This document shows, in pieces, positions 40,640-54,970 of a stretch of 64,000 nucleotides of DNA. A program made the position numbers and the translations under genes. Position 1 is the stretch's first letter. Every line of letters starts with the position of its first letter. The notes beneath the pieces were generated by a model, which was not told where the DNA came from, ran no database searches, and worked only from the letters and a program-made list of their open reading frames with translations. The DNA comes from Adineta vaga (taxonomy: Eukaryota > Animalia > Rotifera): positions 9,672,001 to 9,736,000 of the forward strand of contig CP075492.1 of assembly GCA_021613535.1 (NCBI GenBank), read 5' to 3'.

Positions 40640-41078
40640 TTATTTGGCGTAAAATTATTTTCTTTGTTATCTCTCTTTAATTCTTGTCTTACATTACATC
40701 TGACTGATACACAGAGAAAAAAAATAATAACATATTACGAACCGAAACAGTACGCTAGAGGATTAATCCAAAAAGTGAATTAATCGTTGAAAGAAGAAAG
40801 TATAACATATTGAATTTCTTGTTTGCGAGCAAAAGAGAAGAAAAAAAGATAGTTCTGCTATCAGTCGCAAAAGCGAACCAATTTCCATAATTAAAGGCCG
40901 AATGAACAAAAAATCACACACAAACACACACACTCAAGTACTATTGCACGATAGTTTATCAATGTACAAAAGGAAAAAAAGTGAAATATATCAGACATAA
41001 AAGAACGGAAAAAAAGATTGAGCATATGACATATTCAATCTAAAAGCAAAAGCTTTACAATCATTCAAAGAGAAAAAT

Positions 41079-44000
41079 TTAAAACCACATACGTTCTTGA
41101 ATTGATTGCATAAATGGAGAAGAATGTAGAGGATGAATAGTCGTAATAAACGAATCCTAAGAAGAAGATATTGAATTAGAATCTCAAATTGCACAGAGAA
41201 ACTTTCGCTCGAAGATATATATTTTCTAATACATACTTGTCTTGAGGAGACACTCATTCGTTTCGTTGAATCGAAACTGTTCGACCATTCATCTTGTAAA
41301 CCATTCATTGGACTACTATTTTTTTTCGTTATATGTTTATTTGGTTCAGGACTGAATGAAAAAGCTCGACTCAATCGTTTATTTGCTTTATGAAGTCCAC
41401 TAGAATTTAGAGAATAATTTCAACATTTTTTTCCATACACAAATCATTTCTACCTACCGTTTTAATGCTAAACCAAGTAAATTTAAACTACTTGATGAAC
41501 GCGAACTTGAATCAATTTCTGAATTTTCTAATGATGTTTGCGAACAATACATATAATGACTACTAGTCGAATGATTGATTGTTTGAATAAGTGATGACTA
41601 GAAAGAAACGAGAATTGAAAAAATAAAAATCAATTGATTATGAAATTGTACATTATCAAGTAGACATCGATCATCACATATTGCTTTTGCTAAATGATAA
41701 AGAACATCATTTTTATTATTTCCATGTCGAGTGCAACTTGATAATGTTGATATGGATGATAAGGATGACATTGAATCAGTAAAATAAGATTTCGAAGTAT
41801 TATTCTGACTATTACTACTATTTGTATGTCCATTAATGATACGAAATATAAGTTGACGAGATTGTCCATCAATAGAGCAAAGGATTCCAAATTGTTCCGT
41901 TTCTTTACAAAAGAAGAAAAAAGAATGATTTAATTTACAAGCAAAATAATTCTACCATCTATTGTTAATCCTGTTGGAATGATGTCATATAGACTTCGAA
42001 TATCACTCAATGGAATTAATACTACATGTTTATGTGTTTTGGAAGCTTTCATACCAGGTGTTTTCCATGTATTTACACGTAATTTAGTGATCTAATAAAG
42101 AGATAATGTATACAGATTGAGTGTTGATAAAGAAAGAAAAAAAGAAAGATAATCTATCTACTTCAAGACAATCGGAGAATAGAAACAATGTTAACTGTGT
42201 TCGTGTCGTAGTTAATTCTTGTGAAAGTTCAATAACTTGAAATTTTTCTATGTAATCCCGATGTGCAGCAAGTAATTCAGGCTAATATATAAAATTGACT
42301 AGATATATGTATGCTTTTTTTTTTATAAAATCTTACTGGACAATTATCAATACTATTTACAATATTAAACATTGATAGATGTTTTTCAGTTTTTCCTCGT
42401 TCGTCATTTAATTTCTTTGCAATTTCACGTAATTTGTCTAATGAATCAATTAATAATTGATGATCAACATGAGTTACGGATGTATATTTAAGTAAACGTT
42501 CTAATAGTAATAATATACTGGGTAAACGTTGAATAGGTCGAATCATTAGATCAGCTAGATGTTGTTTTCCCAATTCACTTCTATGTTCACAAATCTATTT
42601 CATAAAAGAATGTTTATAGAGCATTATGTGAAATAAGATAGAAATTACTCTAAGAAATGCATAAAAACGAGAATTTGTCTTCTCTAATGTATGTATGGCT
42701 TCGATGGTTTTATCATAGAATTTTGTATATGGTTGATAAACACGTAAAAGTTCAATTGACTAAATGATAAAGATTTCGGTTATGATTGAAATAATAACAA
42801 TGGTACATACATTAGCTAAAAATACTGAACCAATACATTCATCTTCGCTGATAGCTCGATCAAGTTGTTCAGCAATGGAAAGATGTAAATGATAGATTTC
42901 TTCAACATTGCCGAAGATTTGAGTACTTTCAACTTTAGTGAGAATAGGACCATTTCTACGATCATCCTTTTCCATTTCGGTCTTGAAAATCTATTTGAAA
43001 AAGAAATTTCAAGTGTAATCTCAACAATTCAACGAACGAAGATTGATTTGTAAACTCACTCGAATGATATTGGATAACATCGTCACATAGTTTCGTTCGG
43101 TTTCTCGTAATTCCATACCAATTAAATATTTATTATCTTTCTTCATATTCGATTGTGGTTTTTCTACATGATAAAATGAGAATCTTTTGTTTTTTTGTTG
43201 GCAATAAAATACCTGGAAGACTTTCTTCATCATTTTCATTTGTACTATTATTAAAACGTTTCGAATTTGGTGTAATATCAACTTGATCTACTATATACGA
43301 ATGTCTATGTCGACGTTTTCGTTTTACAGTCGTATTTAATGAAGTATCTAATAATGGACTATCACCATGTGTAGATGGTGAAAGTAACAGTAATGATGAA
43401 TCTGGTGTTGTAGCTGTTGGTTGATTACTGGTTAAATTAACTGCATACATCGATTCATCTGCTTTACCCATTAAACATAAACATTCCCAAAACCACTAGA
43501 AGTTATAAAATGAGAAGAATTCTTTTCAATATATGATTAGACCATACCTGTACATGAACAATATATTGTCGATGTTTTCGTGTATAGGATGGATAAGTTG
43601 ATAGAAATAAATTAATATCCGAGACGACAACATGTGAAGCTTCACTTATTTCATTGATTACAAATCCACCTAAATATTAGAAGAAAAAAACAAACAAAGA
43701 TAACATTACATCGAAATTATAAAAGTATTCTAAGAAAGACTGACCATTTTCTTTAGTTAAACTATGTAAATGTTGTATTTCATTGTCATGATTAAAACCA
43801 AAAAAGCATAAATTAAGATTATGCAATGGTTTTGCACGATGCATTCGAATAAATTCAGAATCAAATGGATTAAATTGTCGATTATCTCGTTCATTCCAAC
43901 AATGCAACAACCAGTCTTCTGTTAGAATTTCACTTCTTTCCATATTGAAGGCCGTCTAAACAATTCTTCAAAATTTCCTATTGAAACTTACAAATTTCTT

Positions 44001-44737
44001 ACCAGATATTTTTCACCTATATTTGCATGAGAAACTACATGAGTTACTTGATCACTATAATCTTTTCGAACTGATCCACCAAGATAATGAACATAATCAC
44101 TGAATTCAGTCTAGATAAAAAAAAAACTAGATTGAATATTGAAGAATAACGAGAGAGAATAAATTACATGTGTATCTCTTCGAATACCAACAAAGCAGAT
44201 CACAGCTGTTGATAGATGTTGACAATATAAAGGTCGATTTCTTCTCGGAACCGGAATATCCTAATTATAGATTTGAATATTTCTACAAGAAAATCTCAAA
44301 TAATAACTTACAATTTCTTTTTCTGCACAGGATAAGACAAGTTCAGAACTAATCGTATAGATATTTTCATTTTCTTTCATATATTGAAATACACAATCGT
44401 CAAATGAATCAATTACATAGATACGTAATTGACGTTGAGCTAATAAAGTTTTTGTTTCAGTTAATGTTCGCATTGCTTGTCGTTCGTCAGCAATACATTC
44501 ATAGACATAACGATCTTCAAGTGCAGATAGTAATCGTTGATTTGAACATGCCGAACCAACAATACAAAAACTAATAGCTATAGAAAAAGAAATTTCAAAT
44601 ACAATGATTTGTGTCAAGAAAAACTACTTACTCCAATCATTGGGATTTGTTGGAGATATATTATCACTGTTTTTCTTTAATTTTTGACGTCGATTATGTG
44701 ATTTTGATGTAGAAGGAGAATTACAATCAGTGATCAT
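41079..44737 (-). CDS. ECT2: ECT2/pebble RhoGEF (BRCT repeats plus DH-PH)
   Basis: BRCT motifs HYLGGSVRKDYSDQVTHVV, ILTEDWLLHCW and WFWECLCLMGKADESMY. DH motifs ELRETERNYV and LMIRPIQRLPSILLLL. PH-region LFLFSDCLE. Confidence 0.9.
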
Positions 44738-45187
44738 TTTAATATTTTTTTTTTGTTTAGTAAAACATCTCGAAAAATCAGGTAAAAGACTAGATCTGAA
44801 TAAAAGATTGCTTATAATGAATAGGCATTTTCAGTTTAGTTAAGATTGGTTAATATTGGTAGAATATTCGAATCGAAAAGACTTGAAACAAAGAAGAAAA
44901 GAAAGAATGCGTTTTTTGTTAATAGAGGTCGCTCGTTGTTATCTATGTAATATAAAATATTTCAAATCTAGAATGTATAGAAAATAGATTTTCATGATTA
45001 TTTAAGTGCACATATCGTTGCCTACATTCATTAAGGGAATATTTCATCATAGTGAATCTAGTCGGAATATTCAACAAAATGTTTACGGATATTGAAAGGT
45101 TTTATTAGTCAAATAACAATAACTGCTGAATTAGTTACTACACAAAACAAAGAGTATACAAAATAGTACTGTAGTTGTTTTTGTTAA

Positions 45188-47473
45188 TTATCCATAAGCA
45201 TTTGCTTTATGTTTTGGTAAGAATTGAAAGTCCGATGCAACTTTTCCTAACAGAAGTTCAGTTAATTTTACCCAATCAGAACAAAGTTTCGATGCCATTA
45301 AGGTCTCTATAGAGAGCAAAAAGAGTAAAGTTATTTTTTAAATCAATTCAATTGCTTACCAAGATCATTTCGTCCAAAGAAATAGGGTGGTCGTTCGTTC
45401 AGTCGATGTGGTAATCGTTCTAATAAGCCAACAGGTATATAACGATAAAGAAATGAAATCCACTCTAATAAGAATCGTCGTGTTTTTTCGACACCAGCTT
45501 GATCTGAACCCCATTGTTCTAAACCATAGTTTGTAAAACGTTTTAACATATCAAAACGTTCATTTGCTGATATATCCCAAGTACGTTGTTCTTGTATTTC
45601 TGTAAATAACCATGGTTTAATTAATGCACCACGTGCAATCATACAACCGCTAACATTTGTTTCATTTAATCGTTGATAATACTCTTCAAACGAATAGATA
45701 TCACCAACACCATATAATGGAATGGGATTAGCGAGTTTCGCACATTGATCAACATAATTCCAATCAGCACTTTTTGAATAACGCATCTCTTTTGAACGAC
45801 CATGTAAAGTAAACAAATCTACGACATGATTTTCATCATGTTCAGATTTCCATGATTTAGCTAATGAGATTATTTCATGAGCATTATTTTCACTGGTTAA
45901 AATTCCTGTACGTAATTTAATCGTTATCGGATGTGTGGCTATACATGATATCGATCGACAGATACGTTCAAAATCAATTGTTCGACGTGTTATTGCACAG
46001 CCAGCACCTTTCTTATAGACCAGATCGATAGGACATGCACAATTAATATCAATGAAGTCACAGTCAAAATTTTCTTCTAACATTTGAACTGTTCGTGTCA
46101 TTGTATCAACAAATGAACCACAAAGTTGAACACCAAAGATTTTTTCGGATGGATGACGACGTAATAAAGCAAATTCTGATTGTTGTCCTTGAAGTAAAGA
46201 TGTTGTCATTGCCATTTCACCACAAGTTATTTCACAACCATATTCTTTACAAATACGACGAAATGGTAAATTACCAACTGTTGTTAATGGAGCAAGATAA
46301 AGACGACGATTAAAATCAATTCGAACTTTTTCACGAGGTTTCAAACGAATCATATCAGCATCAGTAATCGTACCAAGCGTTCGATATGGTACAGGTCGTA
46401 CTGATTGTTGTTGTTGTTGTTGTTCTTCTTGTTCATCCGTATTTTTTTCAACTTCTTTTTGTTCTTGTTGATTTCCATTTGTCTAAAATAGATTGTGATT
46501 AACATTTTAATAATCATAATCAAATATTACCTCTGTTTGAAGAGCTGAATAATAAATATCCACTAATGATCGATCTTCTTTTTCACCAACATCCTGATCA
46601 TCATGATGTTGTTGATCATTTTTCTCTTCTTCAACTACCGATGGATTGTTTCGTTTAGCAACATTTGCTTTAGTTATTTCTTTATTTGCTATTCTTACTA
46701 AGCGATCAGCTAATGTATAATTATATTTTTTTCGTCGCAATAAATGTTTCAACATAGGAGGATATTTATTTAATGATTCCACATAGAGTTGATTCGGCCG
46801 TGGTACAATTATATTTTGACCAGTGACAGGATCAATATGAGATTGACCAAAACGACATAATATTCCAAATAAACATTGACCATACGTTTCGAACATATAA
46901 CAAGGTAAGTGAACATCTGCCAGTCGTTTGGATAGATAACTCGTCAAATCATGAGAATGTTTACAGTTTGCTTGGTATGGACAGTTCTCTAGACCGCCAC
47001 GAATAACGAAAAAACATAATTGATGATTATTATAATGCGATGAAGATCGAGCATTGATTTCTAAATGTTTTCGATTTTGACCCTAGGAAATGAAATAGTA
47101 TATCAATAAACAATTGTAACGAAAGGATGGCTTACTTTAAATTTCTTTTTCTTTGGTTCATTAGCATCATTTGTCTCAGTTTTTGCTTCAGTAATTGATT
47201 TTTTATCTGCTTCATTCAAATGTTCAACATTTAAACGAACTTCATGATCAAAATCAACAAATCTTAACAGAACAAAGATTCCCTTTTTCCATGTATATAT
47301 TGATTAAAATCAATAAAAAAAACATACTGAAGTTTAATCTGTGCCATTGCTGGTTGACTTTTCCATGCTTCATATTTATTTAATTGTTCTTCGCTTAATT
47401 TCGTTGATTCATTTAAAGTATGACTTGTTTGTTGAAAAAGAGAATGAGAAGTATTTTCTTCAATTAAACTCAT
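45188..47473 (-). CDS. DUS3L: tRNA-dihydrouridine(47) synthase DUS3-like (CCCH zinc fingers plus DUS domain)
   Basis: [52 protein letters not shown], ending [11 protein letters not shown]. Confidence 0.96.
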
Positions 47474-47606
47474 GATTTTATCTGAAAGATAAGTTCTTGT
47501 TTTCTTTTCCTTCTTTTAAAACGTTTGATAACATGATGTTTCTTTAATAAATAAAATCCGAACAACAATATAAATAACAACTACAACAACAAAATCAACA
47601 GAATGA

Positions 47607-50600
47607 TTATTTCGATCGAAAATAAAGCGTATAATCGGATGTTGTTGCAATATTTATATATTCATTTTGTGCTTCTGTTGGTTCAGCATCAAGAATTTGA
47701 ATAGTATCGATGTTAGCAAGTGGTTGAATCAGATCAGCATATTCATTAAACAATGGTGCCATGGAAGATTGAGTCGAATGTAAACTAAAAAAGAAAAATT
47801 ATATATTATTTCCATCGAAATCTATCTCAAGTATTTGTTTTATTATGTTTCATAGAACTTACGATTATCTTTTTCCTTTGAAACAATCTTATTTGTCGAT
47901 CTATAGGATCGAATTTTGTTGATTGAATCATAGATTTTCGTAATGTTTCCTTCAATTTCTGTGTTTCGATATTGTTCAAACTAAATAATCGAAATGAATA
48001 TCAAAGAGAAAACATAAAACACTATTCTATTTACTTGACTTGTTTTTGGATACGGTGTAACGCAAATACTAGGTGGTGAATTTTTTCCTTGGTTTGGTTT
48101 TGGCAATCGTTGATAGAGTTCTTCAGAAACAAATGGCATAATCGGTGCTAATAATCGTAAACCGTTATCCAAACATGTATATAAAATAAGTTTAATTATT
48201 TCCTGTCGTTGTGCATCAGGTTCTTTAGCATATAGATCTTTTTTAACATATTCAATATAAATATCGCATAATTCATAGAGCCAAAAGTTATATATAGCTG
48301 TTGTTATTTGAGGAAAGGCATAATTAGTAAAACCTGTTTCACACTGTTCAATTGCAAAACTTAAACGGCTTATAATCCATAAATCGCATGGTTTTTCATG
48401 ACCAGTTAACTACAAACATAAAGTTTTGTTTTATTTCAATAAAGAAAAAAAGTAGTAGTTATGTTTACTTTAAATTCTGCGGGTGGTTGAAAACAATTCG
48501 GATCATTGATATCTAAGTTTTTCGACATAGCAAATCGAATAGCATTCCAAAGTTTATTACAGAATCTTCGATAACCTTCAACACGTAAGACATCCAAATT
48601 GATATCTCGACCTATATAAATATATATATTCCAATGAAAAATATATCAGTCCAGAAAATGTAGAAATTACCTTGATTAGCATATGAACATAATGCAAAAC
48701 GTAAGGCATCAGTGCCACATTCTGGTATACCTTTTGGATAATCATTTTGTTGACCTTCTTTTGCTCGATCGTATTCTTTTGGATCAAGATTAGAAGTTTT
48801 CAACTGTTCTTGAAGTTGTTCTAATGTGATACCATTGATTACATCAAGTGGATCAATAACATTACCCAATGTTTTCGACATTTTACGTCCATGTGCATCA
48901 CGAATGATAGCATGTAAATAAATTTCCGTAAATGGTAAACGATCAGTTAATTCCAATGACATCATAACCATACGTGCAACCCAGAAGAAGAGAATGTCAT
49001 GACCAGTTTCAAGTAATGTTGTTGGAAAGAATCGTTTGAGATCATCCGTTTCCATTGGCCAACCAAAGGACGAAAATGGAAAAAGACCAGATGAAAACCA
49101 TGTATCAAGAACATCTTCATCTATTAAAAGAATTTCAATTTTAACAACAGCCTATAGCATCTCATTTCTTTTAATATCATCTATTCGATAATCAACACAC
49201 AAAAAAAACATTTCTTTACCTTGCTGTAGTCGAATTTTGTCTTTTGAAATATTAAATCTTTGTGCTGCTTTATCAAGTGCTTCATCATAAGAATGTGCAC
49301 TAACCCAATATTTATCATCAATTTCGTTTCCTGGTTGAATATCATTCGAACTAACAAAATACGATGGTATACGATGACCCCACCATAATTGTCGTGATAT
49401 ACACCAATCATGTATATCTTCTAACCAACGATACCAGACAGGTTCGAAAATAGTTGGTAAGATTTTTAATTCTTTTGTTCGAACAGCTGCAATAGAACGC
49501 TCTGCCATATTCTTACAATTGACATACCATTGTGGTTTTAATAATGGTTCAATAATATCTTTACTTCGACTACAAATTGGAAGAACCATTTCATTTTCTT
49601 TCGAATCACGATAAAGACCAAGTTTTTTCAAATCATCTAACAAAAGACGTCGAACTTCAAAACGTGGTTTACCCGCATATGGACCACATTCAGCTGACAT
49701 TGAACCATCATCATTGATACATGTAATAAATTGTAAATTAAGACGACGACCACAATCAAAATCATTTGGATCATGTGCTGGAGTAACTTTAACTGCACCA
49801 GAACCGAATGCTGGATCAACCATTGTGTCAGCCAAGATTGGTATGCGTCGAGATAAAAATGGATGTTGAACAAATTTACCATGTAAATGTTTATAACGAT
49901 CATCATCTGGATGAACAACAACGGCTGTATCACCAAGCATAGTTTCCAAACGTGTTGTTGCAACAATAATTTCTTCTTCTACGAGAAAAAAAGCAAAAGA
50001 TAAAAATTTGAAAATAAATTTGTCGTCATAGTTTTTCGATGACTTACTTGAATTTTCAACAGGATATGCAAAAAAGGTTAAAACACCAAATTCAACTGGT
50101 TGAGCATAACCAGGTACACTAATAAAGGTTTTACCTTTTAATTCAGTTTTTTCGACCTATTGAAAAGATTGAACGTGAAGAAAAAACTGTTTAGAAAAAA
50201 ATTAAATCTTTCGCCTACTTCAATATCAGATATAGCCGATTTTAGTGTACATGACCAATTAACTAATCGTGTTGAACGATAAATTAAGTTCTTTTCATGC
50301 ATACGAATGAATGCTTCTTCGACAGCATAGGACATGCCTTTATCCATTGTAAATACTTTTCGAGACCAATCACATGATGAACCTAAAGCTTTGATTTGTT
50401 CATAAATATGATCACCTAAGGAGAAAATATTTGATCAACTATTTGAAATAGAAGACAAAAGATCAAAATAAACCTTTTTCATTTTTCCATTTCCAAACTT
50501 CTTCTAAAAACTTCTCGCGTCCTAAATCATGTCTTGAGATTTTTTTTTCACGCATCAATTTTTTTTCGACAACAACCTGTGTCGCAATACCAGCATGATC

Positions 50601-51281
50601 ACATCCAGGAACCCAAAGAACTGTCTCACCACACATACGATGCCAACGAGCAATTATATCTTCTAATGTACACATAATAGCATGACCTAAATGAAGATAA
50701 CCAGTAACATTTGGTGGTGGAATAACCATAGTAAATGATTTTCGTGGTGTCGAAGCATTTGATGGTGGATGTTCATCGTAATATTCTGGACGAAAAAAAC
50801 CTTGGTTCTCCCACCAAGGATACCAAGTTGCTTCGACATATTTTGGACTATAAGCCTTAGGTAATTCACAGTGAATATCTATGAAAGATAATATATATTT
50901 CTTGACAATAAACATTCATAGTCTTTATTACCTTTTTTATCGCCAACAGCAGTTGGAGATGTATATTCAGTAATTTCACGAACAACTTTTTTTTCTTTTC
51001 CTCCTCCACCAGCTTGTTCCTTTGCTTTTTTCTAGAAAAGATTTTGAACGATTACATCGATGAGATATTCAAATTCCTAAGAAATTAACCTCTTCTTCTG
51101 CTTTGGCTTTCGCTTTTTGTTTTTCTTCAAATTTTTTTAATTTTTCAGCTTTTTCTGCTTCTTTTGCCAATTGTTTCGCTGTTTTTGGAGGTCCCTCACC
51201 GGTTGCAGCTTGTTGATTATTTGCATCGTTACCGGGATTGATATTTTCATCGTTGGGTTGATCAGAACCACTTGTAGCCAT
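47607..51281 (-). CDS. VARS1: Cytoplasmic valyl-tRNA synthetase, lacking the C-terminal coiled-coil arm
   Basis: [78 protein letters not shown] and GTDALRF. Confidence 0.97.
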
Positions 51282-51698
51282 CTAGAAAAGTTATATAATA
51301 TAAATAGGAAGATTTCTGATTTTCTTTATATATATATATATATATATATTAATGAAATTTCTATTGCATCAGCCTGAAAACTCATAAATGCTGATGAAAT
51401 AAATAAAAGCAAAAAGAAGCATTCGAATTTGAATTGAATCCAAAGTGACTCAGTGAACTAATTTGATTGGTGTATTTTCTGGATTCTCTGATTGCTTTAG
51501 AATTTCAATGACGCATGGGATAAAAAGTAATACGATTGTATTTTATATTTAGTTTTAAGAAGTTTTATAGCGATGATTTCGTGAGATGACTTGTGATTGG
51601 TAGATATTTTCACCAATAGAAATTACCTAGTGACGCGAAATTTGGTTGTCAGGAAGCAAAAAAAAACTCAGCTGTGTTATTTCAATTTCGACTCAAAA
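51282..51698. promoter_or_regulatory. Bidirectional promoter between VARS1 and KIF3B, with CARE, AP-1, CCAAT and X-box-like motifs
   Basis: ATTGCATCA at 51363-51371, TGATGAAAT at 51392-51400, TGACTCA at 51446-51452, several ATTGG/CCAAT, and ATTACCTAGTGAC at 51622-51634. Confidence 0.55.
51326..51348. repeat. (TA)n microsatellite upstream of ValRS
   Basis: tatatata run; another occurs at ~58972-58993. Confidence 0.8.
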
Positions 51699-54600
51699 AT
51701 GGTAAATAGAAGATAGAATTTGAACTTCTCTTATGATGAAACTTTCTTTTCTAGCCTCGTCCATCTACTGCATCGAGTAAAGGAGGAAAAGATGAATCGG
51801 TTCGAGTTGTGGTTCGCTGTCGTCCGATGAGTGAAAAAGAACAAGAGAAGAGCTGTGAAAGGTTTCCCAAAATATTATATCTGAAATGAAATGTTAGCAC
51901 TATCTGTATCGTTAATAGAGTAGTGGAAATTGATACTCAACGGCGACAAGTATCGATTCGACGTCCAATGAGCGAAAGTTCTCATGGATCGAGAAATGGT
52001 GGTGATGATGGGCATAATTTTTATTTCGATGCTGTTTATGATTGGAAGTAAGAGAAGATTTTTTTTGATTTTATATTCGTTATTTTATCAAATAATATCT
52101 AGTTCCGAACAGAAAAATGTCTATGAACAAACTGCTCGATCATTAGTCGATTCTGTACTCGAAGGTTTTAATGGAACAATTTTCGCATATGGTCAAACAG
52201 GAACAGGAAAAACATTTACTATGGAAGGTAAACTCAATTGTTTAATATAAAACAAAATTGAATAGAATCATTCGATTAGGTGTTCGTTCCAAACCGGAAT
52301 TACGTGGAATTATTCCATCATCATTTGCACATATTTTCGATGCTATATCTCATACAACATCGAGACAATTTCTGGTTCGGGCATCATATCTAGAAATATA
52401 CAATGTAAGTCATCCTAGAAGACTAAATTCCCAAAAATTTCTCATCATATACAACTAAATCGAATACTTAAAGCTGTTTTTTGCTTTGAAAATTCAATTT
52501 AATAGCCCAATTAAATCAGATGACTCATCTATGATTTCTATTTGTGTTCAATGAAATAGGAGAGTATTCGTGATCTTCTTTCACGAGATCAAAATAAACG
52601 TTTGCAATTACAAGAACATCCAAAAGAAGGTGTACATGTACATGATCTCAGTTCATTTATTACGAAAAATACTCAAGAAATTGAACATGTAATGACGACA
52701 GGAAATCTAAACCGTTCAACTGGGTAAAATAACAGTTTGATATATGAAATAATAGTTTGATGTTTTTCTCTTAAATAGAGCAACGAATATGAATGAACAT
52801 AGTTCACGATCACATGCTATTTTTGTAATTACAGTTGAAAGTAGTGAAGTAAGGAATATTTTTGTTTTTTGATAAAAAAAAATCAATGATTAAATTGTGT
52901 CTATCAGATTGGTGCGGATGGCAAAGCACATATTCGTGTTGGAAAATTGAATCTTGTTGATTTAGCTGGTAGTGAACGTCAAGCCAAAACAGGCTCCACT
53001 GTAAGGATCAAATATAAGGTATTCGTACGTTCAACTTTTCATTTCCAATTGATGTATAGGGTGACCGTTTCAAAGAAGCAACAAACATCAATTTATCACT
53101 TTCTGTTCTTGGTAATGTTATTTCTGCTCTTGTTGATGGTAATTCTCATGTACCCTATCGTGATTCAAAACTAACTCGTTTATTACAAAGTGAGTGTAGA
53201 AATGAGAGACAATACCATACAATTCTTGATAATTATATTTTCTAGATTCACTTGGTGGTAATTCGAAAACTATTATGATTGCAACGCTTGGACCGGCTGA
53301 TTACAATTATGATGAAACACTCACTACACTTCGGTAAAGAATTTATAATAAAGTTTTTCTCTATTCGAATGATTTTCATGACTTATGATTTCTTTATTAG
53401 ATATGCAAATCGAGCGAAGAATATTAAAAATCAACCGCGTATTAATGAAGATCCAAAAGATGCTTTATTACGTAAATTTCAAGAAGAAATTGCGCGTTTA
53501 AAAGAACGATTAGAAGGTAAAGGTAAAAGTGGTCGTAAATCACGTCGTCACCGCAATGGTCAAGAAGGTGGCGGCGATGATGATGAAGCTGATGAAAAAG
53601 ATGAAGAACTTTACATGAAAGAACAACAAGATAAATTAAATGAAGATAAACGAGCAATTATGAAAAAAAAGAATATCAATGGTTAGTTTGATTGATTGTT
53701 TGTTCTCCTTCAATCAAATAAATAATCATTATAATCTCATTTAGAGGTGGAACGTGAATCAATGTTAAAAGAACTTGAAGAACAAAAGAAAGCTATTGAA
53801 ATTGAACAAGAAGAACGTCGTAAAATGCAACATAAAATTCAAGAAATGCAATCAAAATTAATTACTGGCGGTAAAGATATTGTTACACATACGAGTGAAC
53901 AAGAACAAGTTTTACGACAAAAGAGGTTTTAGACAGTTTTCATTTGTTTAGTTTATTTAAAACGATTTGTTTTTTACTATTTAGACGTTTAATTGCCGAA
54001 GCGGAACGTCGTCATCGAGAAGTTCAACAAGAATTAGAACGACGTGAAGAAGAACGACAAACAATCAATGAAACTTATACGAGTATTAAAGAAGAAGTCG
54101 ACGATAAACGTGCTAAACGTGATAAATTATCGAAAGCATTAAAAAAACTTGAATTAAAAAAACAAGATGTTATTGAAAAACATCAATCTGCTCGAGAAGA
54201 ACTCGAAGCTGAACAACGTGAAATACAGAAACAAGCAAAACTATTTCAATTAATTATCGAAAATTTTGTTCCACTTGATGAACGTGAACGTTTATTGAAA
54301 CGAGTACAATTTGATGATAATCAAAACTGTTGGACATTAAAAGAATTATCCAAACAAACGTAAGATTTCTTGGCATTTTGAACATATTAAATGATTCATT
54401 TTCATTCTATCATAGAGATCAAATGGCTACTCGACCAATTTCAGCTACTGGAGATCGTCCTTCACGCGCTCAATATTCTCAATCGAATGATGCTCCTGAA
54501 ATTACTCGTTTTAAAGTTTGATAGAACTTAGAAAAGACTTTCTCATCCATTGATTGATATCTATTTAGAACGAAAATATCATTTTACTTCAACTTGATTT

Positions 54601-54970
54601 TCCTAGTCGAACAACTCGTGATTATGAAGGTCCTATGGTTTCACCAATGATTCAGGCAGCGATAGAAAATGCCATGAGAGATGAAGAACATCTTGAATTA
54701 GATGCAAAGTAAATCAACAGACATTTATTCTTCTTACTATTTGATCTGTTTATTTTTGTTATTGTAGTGCAATCGTCTCTGATAAACGTAAAAAGAAACG
54801 GTATGTTCAAAACAATTCATTGTAGAAATATTTAGAAAAAAACAAAATTATATCTTTATAGAAAATCAGTAACAAATAATGGAAATTATGATAATTATCC
54901 ATCATCGGCATCCCGTGGTGGTTATGGTGATATGCAAACAGGTCGTAGTATGAATAGTGCCCGACGATAA
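51699..54970 (+). CDS. KIF3B: Kinesin-2 subunit KIF3B-like
   Basis: [10 protein letters not shown]-loop [41 protein letters not shown], and tail [10 protein letters not shown] typical of KIF3B. The first coding exon is the ATG only. Confidence 0.92.

Noticed and set aside
52405-52559. Longer KIF3B intron with 7-bp inverted repeat (agtcatc/gatgact), considered as a MITE or snoRNA
   Set aside because: The repeat is too short to exceed chance, there is no second copy in the window, and there are no convincing boxes.
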